Assembly (NCBI GenBank): GCA_016931625.1
Contig: JAFGEK010000020.1
Span: 39,110-103,109, forward strand
From: Deltaproteobacteria bacterium
GTDB taxonomy: Bacteria > Myxococcota > XYA12-FULL-58-9 > JAFGEK01
Reading direction: 5' to 3'
DNA: 64,000 nucleotides
Shown here: positions 1-8,792 of the stretch, piece after piece
How positions within the stretch are numbered: position 1 is the stretch's first letter
Layout of the letters: the number at the start of each line of letters is the position of its first letter
Notes under the pieces: model-generated
What the model saw: only the letters and a program-made list of their open reading frames with translations
Database searches by the model: none
Told to the model about the DNA's origin: nothing
Translations under genes and position numbers: made by a program

Positions 1-1
1 A

Positions 2-526
2 GATTTTGGCGAAAATACTGCACAAGGTTTACAAGAAAAGGCGCAGGCTTTTGCTGAGCGTGGGTTATCAGCACGTTGGCACTTTATCGGTCGTTTGCAG
101 ACCAATAAGATTAATATAGTATTGCGATATGCCCATATGATTCATTCTGTTGATAGCATTGAATTGGCGCAAGCAATAGCAAAACGAGTTACATCGCAAA
201 CGGCGAAAATTTTAATACAAGTCAATATAGGTAAAGAAGCACAAAAAGGTGGGGTTGAACCTGAGCAAGCAGTGCAATTAGCTTTAAATGTTTCTCGCAT
301 CAATGGATTAGAGTTGGTTGGACTAATGGGTATCCCCCCATATAATGTGGACCCTAATCCCTATTTTGCTCACATGTCAGATTTAAAAAAAGCACTCATT
401 TCCACCCCCGATGGTATTAAGGCTATTGAACTATCAATGGGTATGACCAGTGATTTTACTGCGGCAATTCAACATGGCGCCACTATGGTTCGTGTTGGTA
501 CCGCTATTTTTGGTGAACGTACGTAA
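2..526 (+). CDS. yggS: YggS-family pyridoxal-phosphate homeostasis protein (alanine-racemase-fold PLP-binding protein). The 5' end is truncated by the window edge.
   Basis: Frame 2 is open from the window start and translates ...RWHFIGRLQTNKI..., the YggS hallmark HFIGxLQSNK. A Gly-rich C-terminal half (LVGLMGIPP) follows. The ORF-track Met at 95 is internal. Confidence 0.8.
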   Translation, partial: DFGENTAQGLQEKAQAFAERGLSARWHFIGRLQTNKINIVLRYAHMIHSVDSIELAQAIAKRVTSQTAKILIQVNIGKEAQKGGVEPEQAVQLALNVSRINGLELVGLMGIPPYNVDPNPYFAHMSDLKKALISTPDGIKAIELSMGMTSDFTAAIQHGATMVRVGTAIFGERT

Positions 527-541
527 ACCTGGAGTCTCCAC

Positions 542-1093
542 ATGAAATTAACTCCGTTAGATATTCAACAGCAACAATTTCGTAAGGTATTTAGGGGTTG
601 TGACCACCGCGAGGTACAGAGTTTTCTTGATGTGGTTTCACAACAAATGGGAGAACTTGTTCGTGAGAATATTGAGCTAAAAAGCGAAGCACGTCGTTTT
701 TTACACGAGCTTGAGGAACATCGTGACCGTGAGGCAACTTTGCGCGAAGCGATGATGACCGCCCAAAAAGCCATTGAAGATATTCGAGAACAAGCCCGCA
801 AAGAAGCTGAAGTAATTATTGGTGAAGCAGAAGGGCGCGCTGAAAAAATAGTGCATAGTGCGCATGCAAGAGTAACCAAGGTTATAGAAGAAATTAATGA
901 ACTGAAACGTCAACGAGTCCGAGCCATTGAAGAATTACGTGGTGTGCTGCAAACGCATGTACGCTTACTTGAACTTCATGATCATGAAAGCCATCAAGAG
1001 ACTCAACAAGCTACCGTAACAGTTTTAGATAGGGTTCGGGCTCCTACACCTCCTTCGCTTGAATCTTTGGCACAAGCTGACCTAATCGGATGA
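542..1093 (+). CDS. divIVA: DivIVA-domain cell-division/polarity protein
   Basis: The N-terminus MKLTPLDIQQQQFRKVFRGCDHREVQSFLDVV matches the DivIVA consensus (MPLTPxDIxNKxFxxxxRGYDxxEVDEFLDxV). The rest is a coiled-coil. The position right after yggS is the conserved neighbourhood. Confidence 0.8.
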   Translation: MKLTPLDIQQQQFRKVFRGCDHREVQSFLDVVSQQMGELVRENIELKSEARRFLHELEEHRDREATLREAMMTAQKAIEDIREQARKEAEVIIGEAEGRAEKIVHSAHARVTKVIEEINELKRQRVRAIEELRGVLQTHVRLLELHDHESHQETQQATVTVLDRVRAPTPPSLESLAQADLIG

Positions 1094-1103
1094 GATAGTA
1101 ATA

Positions 1104-1418
1104 GTGATCACTCGCTATCCTGAATGGTTATCGCCTAAGGCTGATGGTATTATGCTTGATGTCTTAATCGCACCACGTGCTTCACGAAATCGTATTATGG
1201 GTGTGCATGATAATCGATTAAAAATTCAGCTTACCGCACCTCCGGTAGATGGTAAGGCAAATGATGCTTTAATTCGATTTTTAGCTGAATCATTAGCTAT
1301 TTCACGTGCACAAATTGAAATTGTCGGGGGGGCGACTAATCGACGTAAAACAGTTAGATTATCTGGAATACCGTCTCATTTAGCGTTGCTTAAGTTGAGT
1401 CCACCAGCAGCAGAATGA
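1104..1418 (+). CDS. yggU: YggU/DUF167 family protein
   Basis: 104 aa with IKLTAPPVDGKANDALIRFLAE, typical of DUF167 (UPF0235). It lies in the conserved yggS neighbourhood. Confidence 0.7.
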   Translation: MITRYPEWLSPKADGIMLDVLIAPRASRNRIMGVHDNRLKIQLTAPPVDGKANDALIRFLAESLAISRAQIEIVGGATNRRKTVRLSGIPSHLALLKLSPPAAE

Positions 1419-1456
1419 AGGTTTTAATAGGGACACCCCACGAACTGCGGAATTTT

Positions 1457-2458
1457 TTAAAATATCTCTACATGACCTTGACCACGAGCTCTTGCTTTTG
1501 CAAGTGCGTCATCGGCTGCTGCAACCAAATCTGGGGCACTTTCTGCGCCTGTACCAGTAAACGAAATACCGCCTATAGAAGCGCTCATTTGCACCCCATG
1601 GTAATTTTTAGTAGCTATGGCGGCGCGGGCTCTTTCAGCGACATCGCGTAAACGTATAGCAATTGGTGCACTATCATCAGGCGGTAATAATACGGCAAAT
1701 TTATCAGAGCCATAACGAGCTATAAGACCGTCAGCACGCAAAACGTCTTGTAAGGTAATGCTTATATCAACCAAAGCACGATCACCCATTTCAGCGCCTG
1801 CAGAGAGATTAACACGCTTAAAAGCATCAACATCCAATAAAATGACTCCTGCTGGTTGATCTGGTGTCGCTTCACGCATGACTTTTGCTAATTGTAAAAG
1901 GAAATGGCTAGAATTTGGCAGGCCGGTAAGCGGATCATTTGTGGCACGCTCAAACATACGAGCATTTTCTATTGCTGCGGTAGCATGTTCGGCCAGCATT
2001 TCTATGGTTCTGCGGTTGGTATGAGTGAAGACTTTATCTAATGTTGATTTGCCATCAGCGTAAATTACCCCCAAAGGCTCATTTTCACTTGCCAATGGGA
2101 CGCAAACCATCATTTTTAAACGCAATTCGTGAATAGAACGTCTTGTAGCCAAATCATTTTGCGCGCTAGTATCAGTTGCAAAGACAGGCTTATTTTCTTT
2201 GAAAACGCGAGTGGCGACCGTTGAAATACGGGTTTCTTGTTCGCTAATATTGACGCCGTTTTTCATTCGTCCAACACGTTGTATTAAATTACCGCTATCT
2301 CGGTCTTTTAGTAATAAAAATCCACGTTCTGCTTCGGTTAACTCAATAAATGCATCGGTAATCAGCATAAGCAGTCGATCAAGGTCACGTGTTGCTAGCA
2401 TACTGCGACTTACCTGAAGCAACCAGACCAAGCGTTCGTCAAGAGATTCTTGCGTCAT
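1457..2458 (-). CDS. GAF-domain protein with a C-terminal GGDEF-fold domain whose signature motif is degenerate (RYGSDKF instead of RYGG[DE]EF)
   Basis: The N-terminal GAF-like region reads DLDRLL...ERGFLLL...CVPL..LGVIYAD. The C-terminal half carries LTGLPN...ILLDVDAFKRVN...RYGSDKFAV, which is the GGDEF-domain layout. The second Gly and the catalytic Glu of the motif are replaced. Confidence 0.75.
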   Translation of the reverse strand: MTQESLDERLVWLLQVSRSMLATRDLDRLLMLITDAFIELTEAERGFLLLKDRDSGNLIQRVGRMKNGVNISEQETRISTVATRVFKENKPVFATDTSAQNDLATRRSIHELRLKMMVCVPLASENEPLGVIYADGKSTLDKVFTHTNRRTIEMLAEHATAAIENARMFERATNDPLTGLPNSSHFLLQLAKVMREATPDQPAGVILLDVDAFKRVNLSAGAEMGDRALVDISITLQDVLRADGLIARYGSDKFAVLLPPDDSAPIAIRLRDVAERARAAIATKNYHGVQMSASIGGISFTGTGAESAPDLVAAADDALAKARARGQGHVEIF

Positions 2459-2570
2459 ATTTGCACCTAATAATCCTTAACTAAAACAAGCGAACCAATC
2501 GAAATCCACAATATGCACTTACTGCTGGTTATGCAGTGAGTATATATTTTTACACTATATTAATACCAAA

Positions 2571-2587
2571 TTAGGGGGTGTCCCTAA
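2571..2587. repeat. Copy 1 of the inverted-repeat motif TTAGGGGGTGTCCCTAA (TTAGGG-N5-CCCTAA). It sits in the divergent promoter region between the GAF-GGDEF gene and the small ORF/kinase gene.
   Basis: I read the motif directly in the sequence. The arms TTAGGG and CCCTAA are reverse complements. The identical 17-mer recurs at 2658. Confidence 0.6.
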
Positions 2588-2657
2588 CAATAAGCTGTTA
2601 TCAGAGTTTAGCATGATAATAATATTAATGTCAGAGTGATAATAATTTTCTCGTAAG

Positions 2658-2674
2658 TTAGGGGGTGTCCCTAA
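2658..2674. repeat. Copy 2 of TTAGGGGGTGTCCCTAA, 87 bp downstream of copy 1
   Basis: Exact 17/17 identity with 2571-2587. Confidence 0.6.
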
Positions 2675-2790
2675 TCAATTGAATACGGATATTTATAATT
2701 TTTTGCAGCGATTTGCCCTTTTTTAGCATAAGCAAAGTGCTATGATAATAAATAGCTTTACCATCAAAGATATAAGTAGGAGTTAGGGCT

Positions 2791-3111
2791 GTGGGTGAGT
2801 ATGATGATCGTCGTGTTGAACCACATACAGTTCTTGTTGGCAAGGGCATGGGTGTTACTCCGGAAAGTATTGCTCAACTTGAAGAAAGACAACGTTTATT
2901 AGAAAAAAGCTCAACGCCTAAACCTAATGATAGTTTTTTAACTGTATTAAGCAAAAAACAGAGTAATAACAAAAAAACAACATCTAGCATTAAAGAAAAA
3001 AAACGTGCGTCTCTACCTAGTCAGGGACCTCGTCCGGGGCTGGTACATCCACAGCAGCGAGAAACCTTTGGGCGTGATCAAAATGATGACACAGTAATTT
3101 TAAAAGGATAA
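2791..3111 (+). CDS. Hypothetical small basic protein (106 aa) immediately upstream of the Ser/Thr kinase
   Basis: GTG start preceded by AGGAG (2777-2781). Lys/Ser-rich with no recognisable domain. Called from coding potential and position only. Confidence 0.35.
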   Translation: MGEYDDRRVEPHTVLVGKGMGVTPESIAQLEERQRLLEKSSTPKPNDSFLTVLSKKQSNNKKTTSSIKEKKRASLPSQGPRPGLVHPQQRETFGRDQNDDTVILKG

Positions 3112-3174
3112 TAGCCAGTAGTTGTAGGTATCAATTATTGCTAGCTTAGTCTTTTTTTAAAGGAGTGTTCGCAA

Positions 3175-5043
3175 GTGAATGCGGACGAAGGAATCTTCGG
3201 CCAATATCGTCTGCTACGACGAATTGCTTTTGGCGGTATGGCTGAGATTTTTCTTGCTGTTATCGATCGCGATGCTGGTTTTAAAAAGCGCCTAGTAGTT
3301 AAAAGAATTCTGCCCCAATTTAGTTTAGACCCCAACTTTGTGCAGATGTTTATTGATGAAGCAGTAGTTATTGGCCGCCTTTCGCATCCGAATATTACGC
3401 AGATATATGATTTTGGGCAGGTCGATAGTGTTTATTTTATGGCAATGGAATATATCGACGGTGCTGATTTACGCCAAATATTAATTGATTGTGAAAAGCG
3501 AGATAGACCTTTAACTTTTGCTGAAACCGCAGCCATCGGAGAATCAATCGCGCGTGGTTTAGCATATGCACATTCATTTGCAGATGAACGTTTAGGGCCG
3601 TTACATATCGTTCATAGAGATATTAGTCCTCACAATATAATGATTAGTCGTGCTGGTGATGTAAAAATAATGGATTTTGGTATTGCCAAAGCCGCGGCAC
3701 GTGCGACTCATACTGCTGCAGGTACTATTAAAGGCAAGGTTGCTTATATGGCGCCAGAGCAAGCTGCTGGCGAAGAATTGGATAGTCGTTGCGATCAATT
3801 CAGTCTTGGGGTTGTATTATGGGAAATAATCGCTCGACAACGATTATTTCAAGGTAATTCAGATCTTGATATTATAAGACGAGTAATTGAATGTGACATT
3901 AAAAAGCTCAGTAGCATTCGTACAGATATTCCAACAGAACTTGAAAATATTATTTCACGTTGCTTGTTAGCCAAACCAAGCGAACGTTATGCAAGTTTAA
4001 GCAATGTTGAAAAAGAATTGTCTAGTTTTCGTTATTCTCTTGGCGTTGAAGGTGCAGTGCAGCTTGGCTCATTAGTGGATATTAAGAACTCTGAAACGAA
4101 TAAAAAACAACGTCAAACTATGACGTTGCCAGCGGATGAAGACGAAAATGATGAGCAAGCAGTTATATCGCAGACATTAGAAACTCCAAGTAATGCAATT
4201 GCAGCAAAGGCTAACGATTTTCAACCAACTGCTGCAACTGCGCCAACAGCAATTATGACCGATAGCATAGTACCAACAGCTGTTGTTAATTTAGATTTAA
4301 CTCAGAATAAAATAACAACACCAGAAGCTAATTTGGTTTCACCTACACCTAACCTTACAAATGATGATAAAGTTACTAATACTATTAGTACTGATAATGC
4401 TTCAAAATCAGCGTCACGAAGTATTTTCAACTACATATTTTTGATTTTATTAGTAGCTACTATAATAACAGCAGTTGGTGTTTTATTACACAATAACCAA
4501 TTTTTTAGCCAAGTTCGAAACAAGGTAAAAGCACTTAAAACGATTTTGCCTACTAAAGAATCTGATATTAAAAATACCACGGTTAAAGAAATTAAACTTA
4601 AAGAGTCTTCGCCAAAATCATCGGTAGTTTTTGAGCAACCGAAAATACCTAATATGGATATTGCTGATAGTGATACTGATAAAGAACCAATTACTACACC
4701 TTTTTTAACACTAGAAAAAGAAAGTGCGGCTACATCAGTTGACCCGCCGAAAATACCAGATAAGGTGAAAACCAGTTCAATTGCTGCCAAAGTCACTCCT
4801 AAACCAGTTAATAAAAAGAGCAAAGCTACTATGGGCTATTTATCGTTGCGCTCAGTTGGTACTTGGTTGGATGTTTACTTGGGTACTAAACGTTTAGGCA
4901 CCACACCAATTAGACGTTATCGTATACCATCAGGAAATGTACACCTGCACTTGGTGAATAAAGAAGCTAACATTAATCGTTATCTTGATTTGCGAGTGCC
5001 ACCAAATGGTGAAGTATCTCGCACGATCACTATACCAAAGTAA
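3175..5043 (+). CDS. Hanks-type Ser/Thr protein kinase with a transmembrane segment and a C-terminal PEGA domain
   Basis: GTG start with AGGAG 9 nt upstream. Kinase motifs GGMAEIFLA, VVKRI (the Lys), HRDISPHNIM, DFG, APE. A transmembrane helix (IFNYIFLILLVATIITAVGVLL) follows. The C-terminus GYLSLRSVGTWLDVYLGTKRLGTTPI matches the PEGA consensus. Confidence 0.85.
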   Translation: MNADEGIFGQYRLLRRIAFGGMAEIFLAVIDRDAGFKKRLVVKRILPQFSLDPNFVQMFIDEAVVIGRLSHPNITQIYDFGQVDSVYFMAMEYIDGADLRQILIDCEKRDRPLTFAETAAIGESIARGLAYAHSFADERLGPLHIVHRDISPHNIMISRAGDVKIMDFGIAKAAARATHTAAGTIKGKVAYMAPEQAAGEELDSRCDQFSLGVVLWEIIARQRLFQGNSDLDIIRRVIECDIKKLSSIRTDIPTELENIISRCLLAKPSERYASLSNVEKELSSFRYSLGVEGAVQLGSLVDIKNSETNKKQRQTMTLPADEDENDEQAVISQTLETPSNAIAAKANDFQPTAATAPTAIMTDSIVPTAVVNLDLTQNKITTPEANLVSPTPNLTNDDKVTNTISTDNASKSASRSIFNYIFLILLVATIITAVGVLLHNNQFFSQVRNKVKALKTILPTKESDIKNTTVKEIKLKESSPKSSVVFEQPKIPNMDIADSDTDKEPITTPFLTLEKESAATSVDPPKIPDKVKTSSIAAKVTPKPVNKKSKATMGYLSLRSVGTWLDVYLGTKRLGTTPIRRYRIPSGNVHLHLVNKEANINRYLDLRVPPNGEVSRTITIPK

Positions 5044-5050
5044 AAAATAT

Positions 5051-5506
5051 ATGCGTGCACTTATTCAAAGAGTTAAATGGGCAAAAGTGCTTGTTGAGCA
5101 CACTATTGTAGGAGAGATTAAACACGGTTTGCTGATTTTATTAGGCATCAAAAAAGGCGATAGCGAATCTGAAACTACGGCCTTGGCAAAAAAAATATCT
5201 GAAATACGCATATTTGCTGATGCTAATGATTTAATGAATTTATCGGTTTTTGATGTTGGAGGATCATGTTTAGTAGTAAGTCAATTTACGCTCTATGCTG
5301 ATACTAAACGTGGCAGGCGTCCATTTTTCAAAGAAGCAGAAATGCCAAATGTCGCGTCACAGCTATGTGAACAGTTTTGTGAAACGCTTCGCGCTCGTGG
5401 TATTTATGTGGCAACTGGTGTTTTTGGTGCGATGATGCAAGTTGAGTCTTGCAACGATGGCCCTGTTACTATTTGGTTAGACACTGCAGAAAATAAAAAA
5501 AAATAA
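5051..5506 (+). CDS. dtd: D-aminoacyl-tRNA deacylase
   Basis: MRALIQRVKWAKV...LLILLGI...SQFTLYADTKRGRRPFF matches the Dtd family (MIALIQRV...SQFTL...GxRPSF). The ORF-track start at 4985 overlaps the kinase. The ATG at 5051 lies just after the kinase stop. Confidence 0.85.
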   Translation: MRALIQRVKWAKVLVEHTIVGEIKHGLLILLGIKKGDSESETTALAKKISEIRIFADANDLMNLSVFDVGGSCLVVSQFTLYADTKRGRRPFFKEAEMPNVASQLCEQFCETLRARGIYVATGVFGAMMQVESCNDGPVTIWLDTAENKKK

Positions 5507-5618
5507 TAACATTAGAGAAAAAATTAATTTTTTTTCATTCATGTCACTTTTATTCTTCAATCGGTCGCATTTTCGGCTACACTAATATTTTCTTGTCGTT
5601 TTTAGGATAAATTGACCA

Positions 5619-6188
5619 ATGTATCAGTGGAAATCAGCTATAGTTTTTATTGTGCTTTTAACTTTAATCGGTTGCGGGAAAGAAGAAACAGAACAAATTA
5701 TATGCTACAGCCTGACACAATCTGATCTACCTGGTGTAAGTATTGAATTTCCCCATCAGTCTTGTGATTACACTATTGAACAAGCTCAGCTAGGCTTCTA
5801 TGTCGATTATATTGTAAAGATTAACGAAACAATTACAGATGTAATTCCGCGCGCACTTGATACTGGCGATTGTGAAAAACCAGGACCAAGCGGTCTCGTG
5901 ATTCATTATCAATTTGGCGATGACCCTTATGTCTATTGTCAATGCAATACCCAATTATGCACTAATGAACCTCTAGCAACAGTTACATTAGAACCTGGTG
6001 AATTTGCTTCACATGTATGGGTCCAAGCGCGACAATGGCAAGGACCTTCAGATACGAATGAAATGCCAGGTGACCCGTTTCCTGTTGGTGAATACGATGT
6101 AATTCTTGTTGCCGAAGGTGTTGAAGGTGTTGCTTTAAAAGCTTGGCCTTTTCATATCATTGGCCGATACCAAGTAAGATTGCATTAA
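5619..6188 (+). CDS. Hypothetical lipoprotein (signal peptide plus LIGCG lipobox), Cys-containing
   Basis: The N-terminus MYQWKSAIVFIVLLTLIGCG is a type II signal peptide. No recognisable domain. Confidence 0.5.
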   Translation: MYQWKSAIVFIVLLTLIGCGKEETEQIICYSLTQSDLPGVSIEFPHQSCDYTIEQAQLGFYVDYIVKINETITDVIPRALDTGDCEKPGPSGLVIHYQFGDDPYVYCQCNTQLCTNEPLATVTLEPGEFASHVWVQARQWQGPSDTNEMPGDPFPVGEYDVILVAEGVEGVALKAWPFHIIGRYQVRLH

Positions 6189-6190
6189 AG

Positions 6191-7465
6191 TTATGGCCAA
6201 ATATTTTGACGGATCAGATTAGCAGTCCTTTCTGGACTTACACTAACTAAAACCACTGGCACTTTTAAATAATCTTCAATACGGGCAATATAGGCAATGG
6301 CTTGTGAAGGTAATTCAGTAAAAGAACGCATGGCGCTTGTTGGTTTGCACCAACCTTTTAATGTCTTGTAGATAGGTTTAACTTGCGATATCGTTGACAA
6401 TTGTGAGGGATAATCATTGAATTCTTTTTCACCAATACAATAAGCAGTACAAAGTTTGATTTCTTCAAAAGAATCAAGCACATCAAGTTTGGTGATACAG
6501 AGGTGAGTAATACCATTAATACGCATGGCATAACGCAAGGCAACTAAGTCAAGCCAACCACAACGTCTGGCTCTGCCGGTGGTAGTGCCGAATTCATGAC
6601 CATATTTACCTAATAGTGCACCTGTTTCATCAAAAAGTTCTGTAGGAAACGGACCTGCACCAACTCTAGTTGTATAAGATTTTGCCACACCAACAATAGC
6701 ATTAATACGAGTGGGTCCTACACCAGAGCCAATGCAGGCACCACCGGCAGTAGGATTAGAACTAGTGACAAATGGATAGGTACCATGATCGATATCAAGC
6801 AGAGTACCTTGAGCTCCTTCAAGTAAAATATTGCCACCTTTTTCGAGGGTATCGTTGATTAAAGCGGGAGTATTACAAACATAGGGTTCTAATCTTTTAT
6901 AAGTGTGCAATAAATAATCGACCATCCTATCAATGGTCCAATCAACATCTATTAGCTCTTGAGCATGCTCTTCAAAGTGAGTCGCAACAAGTTGGCGCAG
7001 CAATACCGGATCACGAGGGTCACCTAATCGGATGCCTGAGCGATTAACTTTATCACGATACGCTGGTCCGATACCTCGGCCAGTTGTGCCAATCTTAGCT
7101 TCACCTTTTTTGTCTTCAGAGTGTTGGTCAAAAATTCGATGAGTCGGCAAAATAAAATGCGCTTGATCTGATATGCGCAAATTTTCGCTGCTTATACCTT
7201 GTGCGGTGATACCGTCTAATTCACCAATAAGTTTTTCAGGATCGATAACAACGCCGTTGCCAAGCACACAAATTTTATCTTTGTACAGGATCCCAGATGG
7301 GATGAGATGAAATTTATATGTTGTGTCACCAACCACAACCGTATGGCCTGCATTATTACCACCCTGATAGCGTACGATAATATCTGCTTTGGCTGCTAGA
7401 TAATCGGTGATCTTGCCTTTGCCTTCATCTCCCCATTGTGCACCTAAGATAACTACGACCGGCAT
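6191..7465 (-). CDS. purA: Adenylosuccinate synthetase
   Basis: MPVVVILGAQWGDEGKGKITDYLA...GNNAGHTV... are canonical PurA motifs. Length is 424 aa. Confidence 0.95.
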   Translation of the reverse strand: MPVVVILGAQWGDEGKGKITDYLAAKADIIVRYQGGNNAGHTVVVGDTTYKFHLIPSGILYKDKICVLGNGVVIDPEKLIGELDGITAQGISSENLRISDQAHFILPTHRIFDQHSEDKKGEAKIGTTGRGIGPAYRDKVNRSGIRLGDPRDPVLLRQLVATHFEEHAQELIDVDWTIDRMVDYLLHTYKRLEPYVCNTPALINDTLEKGGNILLEGAQGTLLDIDHGTYPFVTSSNPTAGGACIGSGVGPTRINAIVGVAKSYTTRVGAGPFPTELFDETGALLGKYGHEFGTTTGRARRCGWLDLVALRYAMRINGITHLCITKLDVLDSFEEIKLCTAYCIGEKEFNDYPSQLSTISQVKPIYKTLKGWCKPTSAMRSFTELPSQAIAYIARIEDYLKVPVVLVSVSPERTANLIRQNIWP

Positions 7466-7490
7466 AGATCATTTTCTCCTTTTTTTTACC

Positions 7491-8792
7491 TTATAAACCA
7501 GCTCTTGAAAAAATTGCATCAACATGACGATTATACGCACTAAGATCAAATGCCTGCGCCAGATCATTTTCGCATACAAGTTGCCGCACTTCAGGGGTAT
7601 TCCATAATGCGGCTTGTAAGGTAGGTGATTGTTTCTCCCATACGCGTAAAGCTGCGGTTTGTACTAGAGCATATGCAGCTTGGCGATCCATCCCTGCTCT
7701 TAGTAAAAGACCTAAAGCATTTTGGCTAAACACTAAACCACCGGTGAGATCGAGATTGTGTTGCATTTGCTCTTTATAAATTCGCAAATTCTGCACTAAC
7801 TTTGTCATGCGTTCAGTCATATATAAAGCTAAATGAAAAGCATCCGGGAAGGCGATACGCTCGACCGATGAATGCGAGATATCTCGCTCATGCCATAGAG
7901 CAATATCTTCAAAGGCAGCAAGCGCATATCCACGCATTAGACGTGACATACCGCATAGCCGTTCACTGGTAATAGGATTTTTTTTATGGGGCATAGCCGA
8001 AGAACCTGTTTGCCCTTTAGCAAAGGCTTCTTCAGCTTCGTGTACTTCTGTACGCTGTAAAGCGCGAATGTCAGTAGCAAATCTTTCTAAACCACCAGCG
8101 AGTAATGCCAGCTTGGCAATCACAGATGCATGACGATCACGTGGCACTACTTGAGTAGCAACCGGCTCAGCGGCTAACTTTAAACGTTCGAGAACAAAAC
8201 CTTCAAACTCAGGGTCACTTTGGCTGAAAGTACCCACAGCACCAGAAAGTTTACCAAAACCAATTTCACTTTTTGCATTGGTTAATCTTTCGATATTGCG
8301 CTGTATTTCAGTATACCAACCAGCTAGACGTATACCATAAGTAGTGGGCTCAGCATGTACTCCGTGAGTTCTGCCTACACAGGGGGTGAGTTTATGTTCT
8401 CGAGCTCGCGTTGCTACTGCCTGGCTTAAGGATTTTAATGCATCAAGAACAACGTCAAGACTTGCTAACATGGCAAGTGCAAGGCCGGTATCAACAACAT
8501 CACTACTAGTAAGGCCACGATGCAAATGACGATTGGCTGGTTCACCAACAATTTCTGCAAGAGCCCGTACAAATGCAACAACATCGTGATCAGTTATTTT
8601 TTCAAGCTCACGCACCCGCTGTGGATCAGGGGTAGATGCTCGTTCTTTTATTTGAGACATTTCGGTATTAGGAATTTCACCGCGGGCATGCCAAGCTTCA
8701 CATGCAGCAACTTCTACTTGAGTCCAGCGTGAAAAAATCCCTTCGTCACGCCAAATAGCATCAATAGCAGTTGTTTTATAACGACCTATCAC
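7491..8792 (-). CDS. purB: Adenylosuccinate lyase
   Basis: 433 aa of the fumarate-lyase fold with ...GSSAMPHKKNPI... (the PurB/fumarase signature SSxMPxKxN). Confidence 0.9.
   Translation of the reverse strand: MIGRYKTTAIDAIWRDEGIFSRWTQVEVAACEAWHARGEIPNTEMSQIKERASTPDPQRVRELEKITDHDVVAFVRALAEIVGEPANRHLHRGLTSSDVVDTGLALAMLASLDVVLDALKSLSQAVATRAREHKLTPCVGRTHGVHAEPTTYGIRLAGWYTEIQRNIERLTNAKSEIGFGKLSGAVGTFSQSDPEFEGFVLERLKLAAEPVATQVVPRDRHASVIAKLALLAGGLERFATDIRALQRTEVHEAEEAFAKGQTGSSAMPHKKNPITSERLCGMSRLMRGYALAAFEDIALWHERDISHSSVERIAFPDAFHLALYMTERMTKLVQNLRIYKEQMQHNLDLTGGLVFSQNALGLLLRAGMDRQAAYALVQTAALRVWEKQSPTLQAALWNTPEVRQLVCENDLAQAFDLSAYNRHVDAIFSRAGL

Noticed and set aside
565-913. Minus-strand ORFs (104 aa and 70 aa) inside divIVA
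   Set aside because: Antisense shadow ORFs within a well-supported gene, with no RBS or homology.
1415-1651. Plus-strand 78-aa ORF overlapping the 3' end of the GAF-GGDEF gene
   Set aside because: Antisense to a confident CDS, with a Cys-rich low-complexity translation.
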